From positions 25,132-89,131 of the forward strand of contig CAIOGI010000006.1 of the NCBI GenBank assembly GCA_903857825.1: a stretch of DNA of 64,000 nucleotides, given 5' to 3'. The notes beneath the pieces are model-generated. The model had not been told where the DNA came from. It searched no databases and saw only the letters and a program-made list of their open reading frames with translations. A program made the position numbers and the translations under genes. Of this stretch, positions 38,653 through 48,836 are shown in pieces. Positions within the stretch are counted from its first letter, which is position 1. Each line of letters opens with the position of its first letter. The stretch comes from Candidatus Tayloriibacteriota bacterium (lineage in GTDB: Bacteria; Patescibacteriota; Minisyncoccia; Phycocordibacterales; PALSA-1337).

Positions 38653-39018
38653 CTACTCTAGAATACCTAATACCTTTTGTAACCTGCCAATCAACTCTTG
38701 CTTTACTTCGTCAGAAGGGACTCCTTCTTCAAAAACACTTGGCGTTCCACTTTCTATTTCATATTCTCCAGCTTTATCAAGTATGTTCGAAATTTCTTTT
38801 TGAGCTGATTCTTCTTGTTCGCTACTAATTTCTTTTTTAAGTTTTGCTGTGCTAAGTAGGGTTGGTATAACTTTCCACACCGTTGTCCTAAAACAAGGAA
38901 ACCAGCTCTGCCCCGTGCGCTGAACTTCAAGACTAATATTTTTTTCTACTGCTTCAACACATTCTTTTATTTTACCCAATGTAGTGATTTCTTTTGGTTG
39001 TTCTAATCCTTCATTCAT
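38653..39018 (-). CDS. Hypothetical acidic protein (121 aa) immediately downstream of rpoC
   Basis: ORF only. Confidence 0.35.
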   Translation of the reverse strand: MNEGLEQPKEITTLGKIKECVEAVEKNISLEVQRTGQSWFPCFRTTVWKVIPTLLSTAKLKKEISSEQEESAQKEISNILDKAGEYEIESGTPSVFEEGVPSDEVKQELIGRLQKVLGILE

Positions 39019-39030
39019 ACAATGATTTAA

Positions 39031-42000
39031 TTAATACCCATATTCCTCCTCCTTTGGCTGTACTGCCTCTATCATTTTCTGCTTTGGACTTCCCGCAAAT
39101 CCTGAACCCGCTGGGATCAAGCGACCGATGATAACATTTTCCATTAGACCAACTAGATCATCCTCACTTCCTCGAACTGCACTGTTTATAAGTACACGAG
39201 TAGTGTGCTGGAATGAAGCTGCTGATAGGAAACTCTTTCTAGATAGAGAAACTTCTGTGATACCCATCACAACAGCTTCTACCTTTGCTGGAGAACCATC
39301 AGTTTCCTTTGCCTTATCATTTTCTTCTCGTAGATATGTATCGTCAACTATCATGCCCTCTGCAAAGTTTGTATTTCCAGCCTCAGTAACTTTTCTTCTT
39401 GAGAACATTTGCTTTACGATAATTTCGATATGCTTTCTAGCAACTGTTTCTCCTTGAAGTTCGTAAATCTTTCCAACTTCTGAAATAACATAATCCTTTG
39501 CCTTCTCTGCCCCACCGAATTCAAATACTTCGTCAATATCAGCAGAACCATCTGTGATAAGGTCACCCTTCTTTACATTATCTCCCATTTTTACGAAAGG
39601 CATACGCTTTGGATTGAATAGATATTCAACTTCACTTGCTTTATGACCCTTTGCTCTATCCTCAAGCTCTGGCATTATTCTTATGACCTTTTCCTTTCCG
39701 AGATCCTTAACTTCTGTAACTGTTCCACTAACTGTGGCAACAACGGCAGGATTCTTTGGACGTCGCTTCTCGAAGATTTCCTCAACACGAGGAAGACCCT
39801 GAGTAATATCTCCACCAACAGACGCTGTACCTCCGGCGTGGAATGTACGCATTGTTAGCTGTGTTCCTGGTTCACCGATAGCCTGACCAGCAACTGTACC
39901 AACTGCTTCTCCAAGTTCTACGAGTTTATTCTTTCCAAGATCAGCACCATAACATTGTGCACATACGCCTCTCACACTCTTACATGAAAGTGGAGAACGA
40001 ACGCGAACAGAAGTAATACCCGCCTCCTCGATTTGAACTGCCTCTAGCTTTGAAAGAAGATGATTCTTCTTGAACAAGCTCTTCCCATCTGCAGTTACTA
40101 AATCCTCTGCAAGTACACGGCCTCTAATGTTCTTTGAAAGTGGAATGTTAATTCCTGAAGCTGTTTGCTTCTTTATGGTGATTGACTCCTTTGTCCCGCA
40201 ATCATCTTCATTGACCATCACATCCTGTGCAACAACGAATAGCTTTCGAGTGAGGTAACCTGCCTTTGCTGTGTTAAGAGCGGTATCTGTAAGACCCTTT
40301 CTTGAACCGTGAGTAGTAATGAAATACTCGATAGGAGTAAGACCTTCCTTTGAACAAGAAATAATTGGGAATTCAATAGTCTCTCCAGATGTAGATGCGA
40401 TAAGACCCTTCATACCAGCCATCTGAGTAATCTGTGAAAGAGAACCTCGGGCTCCAGAAGTAACCATGTCGTAGACAGATCCCATCTTGTTTAGAGAAGC
40501 TGGAATAAGTTTTTCAACTTCGTTCTTTGCCTTGTGCCAGATTTCTATATTCTTTCTCAATCTCTCTTCTTCAGTTAGAAGACCTTCATTGAATTGATCC
40601 ATTACCAATTCTGAATTTGCCTTCGCCTTTGATATAACTTCTATTTTACCCTTTGGAATGACAACATCATCAATACCCCATGTAGTTCCTGAGTGTGTAG
40701 CGTATTTGAATCCGAATGTCTTGATCTGGTCTAGGATAATAGGTATATCCTTCATATCATGAGTAATGATCAAATCATCCATAATTCCAGAAAGTTTCTT
40801 TCTATCGATTTCCTTGTTTATAAAAGGATAATCTGAAGGAAGAATGTCATTGAATAGAATACGTCCGACAGTTGTTTCGAAAAGCTTACCTTCAAACTGT
40901 GCATATTTCTTATCATCTCTTGGTAGAACCTTTATCTTTGCTCTGTATGTTACTGCACCATAGTTGTGTGCTGTAAGAGCGGCTTCAGGACTTTCAAAAA
41001 TCTTTCCTTCTCCTGTATCACCATCAACAATTTTTGTAATCCAGAAACAACCAAGCACAATATCAAGAAGCTTAGCTACAACCGTAGGATCTCCGTTTCC
41101 AGGCTTTAAGATGTTCTTGTCAGCAGCCATAATTTCCTTTGCTTCAAGCTGAGCCTCAACTCCCAATGGAACGTGAACAGCCATCTGGTCACCGTCGAAG
41201 TCAGCGTTGAAAGCTGTACATACAAGTGGGTGAACTTGAATAGCGTTTCCTTCAATAAGGATAGGACGAAATGCCTGTATACCAAGTCTGTGTAGAGTAG
41301 GTGCTCGGTTTAGAAGCACGTACTTTCCTTCAATAACTTCTTCTAGGATTTCCCAGACTTCCTTTGCACCATCATCAATAAGTCTACCAGCACCACGAAT
41401 ATTAAATGCCAATTCCCTCTTCAATAGTCCAGAAATAACGAATGGTCGGAATAGTTCTAGTGCCATGTGCTTTGGAAGACCACATTGATCAAGAGCTAGG
41501 GTAGGACCGACAACGATCACAGAACGTCCTGAATAGTCCACACGCTTTCCAAGAAGATTTTGTCGGAACAGACCTCTCTTACTCTTCAAATTGTCTGAAA
41601 GAGATTTCAATGCACGCTTCTGAGCCTGAATAGCAGCAGCTCCCGTAGCTGCACCATGACGAATAGAATTATCTATAAGCGCATCAACTGCCTCTTGTAG
41701 AATTCTTTTTTCATTTCGAAGAATAACATCTGGAGCATCGATTTCCTTTAGCTTCAAAAGACGATTATTTCGGTTTATAACTCTTCGATACAAATCGTTT
41801 ACATCTGAAGTAGCATAACGTCCTCCATCAAGAGCAACCATAGGTCGAAGTGCAGGTGGAATAACTGGAATTCTTGTAAGGAACATCCACTCTGGTCTTG
41901 TCTCTGATTTTATCATTGACTTGATAAGAGAAATTCTCTTTGAAAGTTTTTCTTTCTCAAGTGAACCTGCCTTATCGATTTCTGCATTTAATGCCAAAAG

Positions 42001-42711
42001 AAGCTTATTCATGTCTGTCTTCTTCAATATTTCAAAAATTGCCTCAGCACCAATGCCAGCTTCAAATAGAGCACCATATTTCATTGAATATCTGTGAAAT
42101 TGAACTTCATCCATTACGAAACCAGGTACTAGGCTCTCGATTTCTCTTCTAGCTGTAAGTACAAGTTCTTTCAAAGCCTCCTTTGTCTTTTCATCCTGAG
42201 CTGCTTTTACCTTTGTCTTGAATTCAGAATCAAGCTCCTTCAAGAATGCATCTTTTTCTGACTGATGAATCTTTGTAACTATATATCCAGCAAAGTAAAC
42301 AACCTTCTCTAGATCAGAAGTTGTCATTCCAAGTACTAGACCAATACGAGATGGCATAGATCGTAGGAACCATATATGTGATACGGGTGTAGCTAGCTCG
42401 ATATGTCCCATTCTGTCTCTTCGAACTATTGAACGGGTGATCTCAACTCCACATTTTTCACAAACAATTCCCTTATATCTTATTCCGCGATATTTTCCAC
42501 AATAACATTCGAAATCACGATCTGGACCAAATATCTTCTCATCAAAAAGTCCATTCTTTTCTGAACGCTGTGTTCTGTAGTTAATGGTTTCTGGCTTAGT
42601 AATTTCACCAAATGACCATTCCAAGATTTTCTCAGGCGAAGCAACACCAAGCTTCACTGCATCGAAGTCTGTTGGGTCATTTTGTCTTTTGTACATATTT
42701 TTATTTTCCAT
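39031..42711 (-). CDS. rpoC: DNA-directed RNA polymerase subunit beta'
   Basis: Catalytic NADFDGDQMAVH. N-terminal zinc-binding CYCGKYRGIRYKGIVCEKCGVEI. 1226 aa. Confidence 0.95.
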   Translation of the reverse strand: MENKNMYKRQNDPTDFDAVKLGVASPEKILEWSFGEITKPETINYRTQRSEKNGLFDEKIFGPDRDFECYCGKYRGIRYKGIVCEKCGVEITRSIVRRDRMGHIELATPVSHIWFLRSMPSRIGLVLGMTTSDLEKVVYFAGYIVTKIHQSEKDAFLKELDSEFKTKVKAAQDEKTKEALKELVLTARREIESLVPGFVMDEVQFHRYSMKYGALFEAGIGAEAIFEILKKTDMNKLLLALNAEIDKAGSLEKEKLSKRISLIKSMIKSETRPEWMFLTRIPVIPPALRPMVALDGGRYATSDVNDLYRRVINRNNRLLKLKEIDAPDVILRNEKRILQEAVDALIDNSIRHGAATGAAAIQAQKRALKSLSDNLKSKRGLFRQNLLGKRVDYSGRSVIVVGPTLALDQCGLPKHMALELFRPFVISGLLKRELAFNIRGAGRLIDDGAKEVWEILEEVIEGKYVLLNRAPTLHRLGIQAFRPILIEGNAIQVHPLVCTAFNADFDGDQMAVHVPLGVEAQLEAKEIMAADKNILKPGNGDPTVVAKLLDIVLGCFWITKIVDGDTGEGKIFESPEAALTAHNYGAVTYRAKIKVLPRDDKKYAQFEGKLFETTVGRILFNDILPSDYPFINKEIDRKKLSGIMDDLIITHDMKDIPIILDQIKTFGFKYATHSGTTWGIDDVVIPKGKIEVISKAKANSELVMDQFNEGLLTEEERLRKNIEIWHKAKNEVEKLIPASLNKMGSVYDMVTSGARGSLSQITQMAGMKGLIASTSGETIEFPIISCSKEGLTPIEYFITTHGSRKGLTDTALNTAKAGYLTRKLFVVAQDVMVNEDDCGTKESITIKKQTASGINIPLSKNIRGRVLAEDLVTADGKSLFKKNHLLSKLEAVQIEEAGITSVRVRSPLSCKSVRGVCAQCYGADLGKNKLVELGEAVGTVAGQAIGEPGTQLTMRTFHAGGTASVGGDITQGLPRVEEIFEKRRPKNPAVVATVSGTVTEVKDLGKEKVIRIMPELEDRAKGHKASEVEYLFNPKRMPFVKMGDNVKKGDLITDGSADIDEVFEFGGAEKAKDYVISEVGKIYELQGETVARKHIEIIVKQMFSRRKVTEAGNTNFAEGMIVDDTYLREENDKAKETDGSPAKVEAVVMGITEVSLSRKSFLSAASFQHTTRVLINSAVRGSEDDLVGLMENVIIGRLIPAGSGFAGSPKQKMIEAVQPKEEEYGY

Positions 42712-42735
42712 GGTTTTTATAATTATTTGATGAAA

Positions 42736-44112
42736 TTAATTGGTAATGGTGAAGTAATTATCGCTTACATCACAAGGATTACTTGAACGGACTCTTGATT
42801 CGTCAAATACATTTGGACAAATAGTTATTTTATATAATCCTGCTTTTGGTATAGTCTGACTATTTCCTCCTAATGAATACTGACCAACTGTCCACTCAAA
42901 TATGCCGGAATTACTAACAGCCTTTGCTATTATTGGACTAAAACTGGTTGTTGGCATATTTGTACCAGGCGCTGGAGGAGCTAAGCAAGGCTCAAGAACA
43001 CAATTTTCTTTTGATTCAATTTTTATATCAACAATTTTACCTTGAATTGGTTTCCAACCAATAACCTGTTTACTTCCCATCTTCCAAACTTCCCCTCCAT
43101 TTGGTGAAAGAACGGTGATGGAGGGTTGGGTGTTTGAGGTAGATGTAAATTTAAAATTATTTAATAAATCATTAATTTCATTATCGGTAAAGTTAGCTGC
43201 GTAAAAGTGGTACATGATCCCATTGTGGTAAACATAGAACCATCTTTTATCGTTTAATGACCATAATACTTTTTCACCCCCAATTGCAGAAACACGTCCT
43301 AATAAATTAGAAACAAGATTGGGTATATATGAGGTACACGATTCGACAGAATTACAACCTTTCACAACGGTTTGATCAAGACGCGACTTATCTCTTGTTT
43401 CAATACTAAATTCTTGTTTTTTATTCTCATTCACCAAAGTTAGAGTTGCTACAGTATTTGCCTTTTCACATGATGAAGGAGCGTATCCTCCTGAGATAAC
43501 TTCCATTACTCTATAATTACTTGGGTATTTAATCGTATAATTATATTTAGTGATCGCACATGAAATCAATTTATTAACTTCTAACAAGTTTTGATCTACT
43601 GAAGTCTGAGAAGTAAATTTAAGAGTTGATATAATTTGACTCATAATGCTTTTTGCAATGTTATCACCAGCAGTCATTGTTATTGATATATCATTTTTAG
43701 GTCCCATACAGATGGTTTTGTAAAAAACTAATCCAAAACCCTGTTCCCAGTCAGAATTAACACAAGCTGATCCCGTCTTCTTAATAACTAATTGCTCAAT
43801 AGGAAGATCTGTATCTGGTTTACCTTGTTTGTCTGGATTCACAATTCTAACAATATTATTGTCATCTTCTTTTATTAGCCAATTTGGAAGATATTTAATT
43901 TCAAATCCATGTTTCTCATTTATATACGTCTTCCAATCTGAAGTTACTACTGTAGACGTCGCATTTACTACCACATCATCAACCTTGGGTTCTAGAGGAG
44001 CTACCACATCCCTTGTCCCAAAGTAATATACAGCACCAGCAGCCACTGCAATAGCGACTATTATAACCATCCCCTGCGCTGCAAACCCTTTTTTATAATT
44101 TATTTTATTCAT
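42736..44112 (-). CDS. Hypothetical membrane-anchored secreted protein (458 aa) inserted between rpoB and rpoC
   Basis: N-terminal TM anchor GMVIIVAIAVAAGAVYYF. C-terminal SITVLSPNGGEVWKMGSKQVIGWKP beta-sandwich-like repeat. Confidence 0.5.
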   Translation of the reverse strand: MNKINYKKGFAAQGMVIIVAIAVAAGAVYYFGTRDVVAPLEPKVDDVVVNATSTVVTSDWKTYINEKHGFEIKYLPNWLIKEDDNNIVRIVNPDKQGKPDTDLPIEQLVIKKTGSACVNSDWEQGFGLVFYKTICMGPKNDISITMTAGDNIAKSIMSQIISTLKFTSQTSVDQNLLEVNKLISCAITKYNYTIKYPSNYRVMEVISGGYAPSSCEKANTVATLTLVNENKKQEFSIETRDKSRLDQTVVKGCNSVESCTSYIPNLVSNLLGRVSAIGGEKVLWSLNDKRWFYVYHNGIMYHFYAANFTDNEINDLLNNFKFTSTSNTQPSITVLSPNGGEVWKMGSKQVIGWKPIQGKIVDIKIESKENCVLEPCLAPPAPGTNMPTTSFSPIIAKAVSNSGIFEWTVGQYSLGGNSQTIPKAGLYKITICPNVFDESRVRSSNPCDVSDNYFTITN

Positions 44113-44277
44113 ATATTTTTTATGATTTTAGAATCTTATTTTCTCCTTTGTAAATAAAATTCTTAACATACTGAATTGCAATAGACTTCAAGGATATCCC
44201 AAAACCCTTAGCTAGTTTTTGAGCTTTTTCTTTTATCCTCTTATTTATTTTTATATTTAGTGTTGTTTTCATATATT

Positions 44278-45342
44278 TTATTTCAATTTCTTAATACTAT
44301 CTCCAACCACCTTATTTGTCTCCTTGATAAATTGATCGAAGTCACTTTCAAATATTCTATCCTGAACTATTCTATACTTTTCAAATTCACTTTCTGCGAA
44401 ACTTTTTGCTATCTCTGCAGATACTTTACCAGGATTATCCAGTACTTTTCTTTTATTAAATTGTAGAAAAGCATCCAGTCTTTCTGCCCAGTCCTTCATA
44501 GTCATAGGTATTTTTTGTTCTGCTTGATCTTCCGCATAGTCAAGGTACATGGATACAATACGATCAAGAGATTTTATCTCTTTAGCGTCTAAATAATTTT
44601 TAGCAATGATCACATCAGTCTTTAAAATTTTTCCTTTTGGTGCTTTTTCCCAACTAGTTAGACCCATAAAAGGTTTCTTCGCGTCTGCTCTCTTTATAAT
44701 TACCTCAGCAGCTGTGAATCCATGTATAGCGTAGTGTAATTTATTCTGTACAGTTTTGAAAAATTTCTGGGTTAATGGTGAATCTACATCATAATCCAAT
44801 GCTGTAGTATAAATATCAGTAATTTTTTGATAGAATTTTCTTTCACTGTTTCGTATTTCACGAATTTCTTGTATAAGAGAATCATAATAATTTTGACCAA
44901 GATATGTACCATTTTCTAGTCTATCTTTATCTAATACATATCCACGGACAGCAAAAGTTTTTAGAATTCTCGTAGCCCAACGACGAAATGCAGTGGCTTT
45001 CTCTGAATTTACACGATAACCAATAGCGATAATTGTATCAAGGTTATAGTGTTCGACTTCTCTAGAAACAGAACGACTACCCTCTTTTTGAACTATTAGG
45101 AAATTCCTAATAGTTGCTTCTTTATTTAATTCATTTGATTGATATATAACTTTCAAATGTTCATTTATTGTCGGTATTCTAACTTCAAAGAGTTCAGCAA
45201 TAAGCTTTTGTGTAAGCCATAAATTTTCATTCTCGAATCGAACCTCTATTCCACTCTCTTTAGAATCAGAAGTAAACATCAGAAATTCTGCTGTACTATT
45301 ACGAATTATTAGTTTTTTTGATTCTAAATTATCTTTTTTCAT
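44278..45342 (-). CDS. RhuM-family protein, full-length (354 aa), inserted between rpoB and rpoC
   Basis: HYNLDTIIAIGYRVNSEKATAFRRWATRILKTFAVRGYVLDKDRLEN matches the conserved RhuM core (YNLDAII.VGYRVNS..ATQFRIWAT). A paralog lies at 61739..62251. Confidence 0.65.
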   Translation of the reverse strand: MKKDNLESKKLIIRNSTAEFLMFTSDSKESGIEVRFENENLWLTQKLIAELFEVRIPTINEHLKVIYQSNELNKEATIRNFLIVQKEGSRSVSREVEHYNLDTIIAIGYRVNSEKATAFRRWATRILKTFAVRGYVLDKDRLENGTYLGQNYYDSLIQEIREIRNSERKFYQKITDIYTTALDYDVDSPLTQKFFKTVQNKLHYAIHGFTAAEVIIKRADAKKPFMGLTSWEKAPKGKILKTDVIIAKNYLDAKEIKSLDRIVSMYLDYAEDQAEQKIPMTMKDWAERLDAFLQFNKRKVLDNPGKVSAEIAKSFAESEFEKYRIVQDRIFESDFDQFIKETNKVVGDSIKKLK

Positions 45343-45389
45343 GCTTTTAGTATCTTAAACTGGTCGAATTCTACCAGTTTAGTTTCCTA

Positions 45390-48300
45390 TTACTCTGTCT
45401 CCTCTTCATCACGACCCTTTTTAATCAATTCGACATCCAATGCCAAACCACGTAGTGATTTTAGAAGCACATTGAAAGATGCTGGAAGGTTTGGTTGCTT
45501 CAATGGCTCACCCTTAACAATAGAATCGAATGCCTGAGAACGACCTTGTATATCATCAGACTTTATAGTTAGAATTTCGCGTAGTGTATAAGCTGCACCG
45601 TGACCGAGAAGAGCCCAGACTTCCATTTCTCCAAATCTCTGTCCTCCACCCTGTGCTTTTCCTCCTAGAGGCTGCTGTGTGATAAGAGAGTAAGGTCCGA
45701 TAGAACGCATGTGTATCTTATCCTCAACCATGTGATGAAGTTTCAAGATATACATATATCCGACTGCAATAGGTTGATCGAAATGATCTCCTGTTCGTCC
45801 ATCGCGTAGTTTCATTTTTCCACTTGCATCAAAGCCTGCCTTCACAAGCTCTTCTTTTATTTCAACATCTGTAGCTCCTGTGAATGGAGGGACGATAGCT
45901 TGGTAACCAAGTGTATGTGCTGCTAGTCCAAGGTGAAGTTCTAGTATCTGTCCAAGGTTCATACGTGAAGGCACACCTAATGGGGTTAGAATAACATCGA
46001 CAGGTGTTCCATCTTCCATGTATGGCATATCTTCCTCTGGAAGAATTCTAGAAATAACTCCCTTGTTTCCGTGTCGTCCAGCTAGCTTGTCTCCAACTGA
46101 AACGTTTCTTAGCTCTGCAACTTCTATGTAAATTTTCTTTATGATTCCTGACTCTAGCTTGTCACCTTTTTCTCGTGAGAATATCTTTACAGAAATAACA
46201 CGACCTCTCTTTCCTCCTTCCATTCTCTTTGATGTATCCTTTACATCACGAGCCTTCTCTCCGAAAATAGATCTAAGTAGTCTCTCTTCTGGTGTTAGCT
46301 GAGTCTCACCTCTTGGTGAAATCTTTCCAACTAGAATATCTCCAGGTCGTACTTCTGCTCCGATTCTAACGATTCCATCTTCTGCTAGATTCTTCAATTT
46401 TGCCTCTCCAACGTTTGGAATATCGCATGTAGTAACTTCTGGACCTAGTTTTGTATCACGAACATTTACTACGAATTCTTCTATGTTTATAGAACTGAAT
46501 TTACTATTCTTTACAACTCTTTCTGAAAGAATAATGGCATCTTCGTAGTTATTACCAGACCATGACATGAATGCTACTAGCATGTTTTGTCCAAGAGCGA
46601 TTTCTCCATTGTCTGAAGTAGATGTATCTACCAGCACATCTCCTTTCTTTACCTTATCTCCAACACTTACTATTGGACGTTGATGGAATGATGTGAATCC
46701 ATTTGTTCGAGAGAAATGAATAAGATCGTATTGTTTCTTTCCAACTTTCTTACCTTCAAAAATAACTTTTTTTGAATCAACATAAGTTATCTCGCCATCT
46801 TCTGGTGCAAGCACAATTCTTCCTGTATCGATAACTGCTTGCTTTTCAATACCAGTAGCAACTAAAGGAGCTTCAGGAATAAGACAAGGAGTTGCCTGCT
46901 TTTGCATGTTTGATCCCATGAGTGCTCGGTTCGCATCATCGTGGTTTAGGAATGGAATAAGAGATGTAGCAATAGAAAATGCTTGATTTGTAGATACATC
47001 TATATAGTCGACATCATCTGCCTTTGCTAGACCAGGCTTTCCATTTATACGTACCTCGACTTCTGCTGCTGTGATAGTTCCACTTTTATCATAAGGTATT
47101 GCACCGTGAGCGATTCTAAAACCTTCTTCTTCAAGTGCATTCAAATATACAATGTCCTTTGTAACCTTTCCATTCTTTACCTTTGCATAAGGAGTTTCGA
47201 TCATTCCAAAATCATTTATACGAGCATAAGTAGCAAGGTTTAGAATAAGACCAATGTTTGGACCTTCTGGTGTGTGAATAGGACAAATTCTTCCGTAGTG
47301 AGATGGGTGAACGTCTCGAACTTCGAAACCTGCTCGCTCTCGTGTTAGACCTCCAGGACCAAGTGCTGTTAGTTTTCTAAGGTTTTCGATTTCTGATAGA
47401 ACGTTTTCCTGACCCATGAACTGTGACAATTGGTTTGTAGTAAAGAACTCCTTTATACGTGCCTGAAGTGGTCTTGGGAAAACGAAATTTACAGGAAGAG
47501 TAACATCTGGCTCTACCGTAGACATCTTGTCCTGAATATTTCTCTTCATCTGTGTCATACCGACACGTAGCTTCTGCTGTAGAAGTTCACCTACATATCG
47601 AACACGTCTTGATCCTAGATGATCAATATCGTCTTCAACGGCCTCTGGAGTATTATTTAGAAGAGTAATATGAGAAATTATTGTTGAAAGGTCATCTGTT
47701 GATACTGTCTTGTGTTCAAGATCTTTTTCCTCCATTGACTTTCCGAAACGCTTGTTAAAACGGAATCTTCCAACACGAGATAGGTCATATCTTTCTGGAT
47801 TAAATATATTTCCAAGAAATTCACGAGCATTATCAGCTGTAGCCAAATCTCCATCACGAAGTCGCTTGTGTATTTCAACATATGCTTCATCTACTGTCTT
47901 TGCATGATCCTTGGCAAGAGTTTGTTCAATAGCCTTTTTTGCAAGTGCCTCCTTATCAAATAGTGCTAGTATTTCTTCATTTGTCTTTGCTCCAAGAATT
48001 CTAAGTAAAGATGTAATAGGAAACTTTCTCTTTCTGTCTATACGTGTGTAGATTGTCCCATCTGAATCTGATTCGATTTCCATCCATACTCCGCGGGCAG
48101 GAATAACCTTGGCACCAAAAAATGTCTTACCCTTTATCTCATTTGCAGTAAAAAATATACCAAAGGATCTAGCTAATTGAGGAACTATAACTCTCTCAAT
48201 CCCATTTATAATAAATGTACCGTGATTTGTCATCAAAGGAAGGTCTGCAAGAAACATTTCTTGTTCTTTGACTGCATCAAGAAGTTTATTCTTCAGCTTT

Positions 48301-48566
48301 ACCTTAACCTTTATTTGTCCTTCATATGAAAGTTTATTGTTTTTAGCATAATGCTCGTCGTACTTTGGCTTTGAAAGCTCAAAACCAGTAAAAGACAGCT
48401 CGAACTTCTTCTTGGCATAATCCTCAATTGGTGAGAATTCTTTCAACACTTCTGATATACCATTATCTAAAAATGTATCGAAAGAAATCGTCTGTGACTC
48501 AACCAAATTTGGCATAGCTGTCAATGGCTCTTTGAATCTACTGAAATACTTTTTGGTTATATGCAT
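45390..48566 (-). CDS. rpoB: DNA-directed RNA polymerase subunit beta (short, 1058 aa)
   Basis: N-terminus SFDTFLDNGISEV; C-terminal catalytic region GGQRFGEMEVWAL; conserved blocks throughout. Confidence 0.95.
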   Translation of the reverse strand: MHITKKYFSRFKEPLTAMPNLVESQTISFDTFLDNGISEVLKEFSPIEDYAKKKFELSFTGFELSKPKYDEHYAKNNKLSYEGQIKVKVKLKNKLLDAVKEQEMFLADLPLMTNHGTFIINGIERVIVPQLARSFGIFFTANEIKGKTFFGAKVIPARGVWMEIESDSDGTIYTRIDRKRKFPITSLLRILGAKTNEEILALFDKEALAKKAIEQTLAKDHAKTVDEAYVEIHKRLRDGDLATADNAREFLGNIFNPERYDLSRVGRFRFNKRFGKSMEEKDLEHKTVSTDDLSTIISHITLLNNTPEAVEDDIDHLGSRRVRYVGELLQQKLRVGMTQMKRNIQDKMSTVEPDVTLPVNFVFPRPLQARIKEFFTTNQLSQFMGQENVLSEIENLRKLTALGPGGLTRERAGFEVRDVHPSHYGRICPIHTPEGPNIGLILNLATYARINDFGMIETPYAKVKNGKVTKDIVYLNALEEEGFRIAHGAIPYDKSGTITAAEVEVRINGKPGLAKADDVDYIDVSTNQAFSIATSLIPFLNHDDANRALMGSNMQKQATPCLIPEAPLVATGIEKQAVIDTGRIVLAPEDGEITYVDSKKVIFEGKKVGKKQYDLIHFSRTNGFTSFHQRPIVSVGDKVKKGDVLVDTSTSDNGEIALGQNMLVAFMSWSGNNYEDAIILSERVVKNSKFSSINIEEFVVNVRDTKLGPEVTTCDIPNVGEAKLKNLAEDGIVRIGAEVRPGDILVGKISPRGETQLTPEERLLRSIFGEKARDVKDTSKRMEGGKRGRVISVKIFSREKGDKLESGIIKKIYIEVAELRNVSVGDKLAGRHGNKGVISRILPEEDMPYMEDGTPVDVILTPLGVPSRMNLGQILELHLGLAAHTLGYQAIVPPFTGATDVEIKEELVKAGFDASGKMKLRDGRTGDHFDQPIAVGYMYILKLHHMVEDKIHMRSIGPYSLITQQPLGGKAQGGGQRFGEMEVWALLGHGAAYTLREILTIKSDDIQGRSQAFDSIVKGEPLKQPNLPASFNVLLKSLRGLALDVELIKKGRDEEETE

Positions 48567-48667
48567 GTTTTTTATTAATAAAACTTTTGCTAATAAAATT
48601 ACTAAAATCTACACTACACTTTAAACAATAAACTCCATAAAATGATTCACTCTACACAACGAAAAAT

Positions 48668-48694
48668 AACGCCTGTAAAGGGCGTTCCTTATAC
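48668..48694 (-). terminator. Rho-independent terminator for the membrane-protein gene upstream of rpoB
   Basis: On the minus strand, AACGCCCTTTACAGGCGTT is followed by ATTTTTCG. Confidence 0.5.
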
Positions 48695-48836
48695 TAAAAA
48701 AGTATTTTAGGTAGAAGTTGCAAGATGAGGATCAATTTATAGCCTTGTAATCCTTCATATTTTAGTCGCAACACAATCGATGAAGTTGGTTATGAGCTTA
48801 TCAGAATACGAGAAATAGTCAAGGGTTTGTAGCTTT

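Noticed and set aside
39128-42152. Numerous 60-110-aa ORFs antisense within rpoC, rpoB, smc, gyrA and other large genes
   Set aside because: They are embedded in strongly supported long CDSs and are typical frame-shadow ORFs.
42736-44112. Type IV pilin (prepilin peptidase site) at the N-terminus of the 458-aa protein
   Set aside because: KKGFAAQGMVIIV lacks the conserved G-F/M-T-L-x-E with Glu at +5, so a prepilin-type signal is not supported. It is treated as a plain signal anchor.
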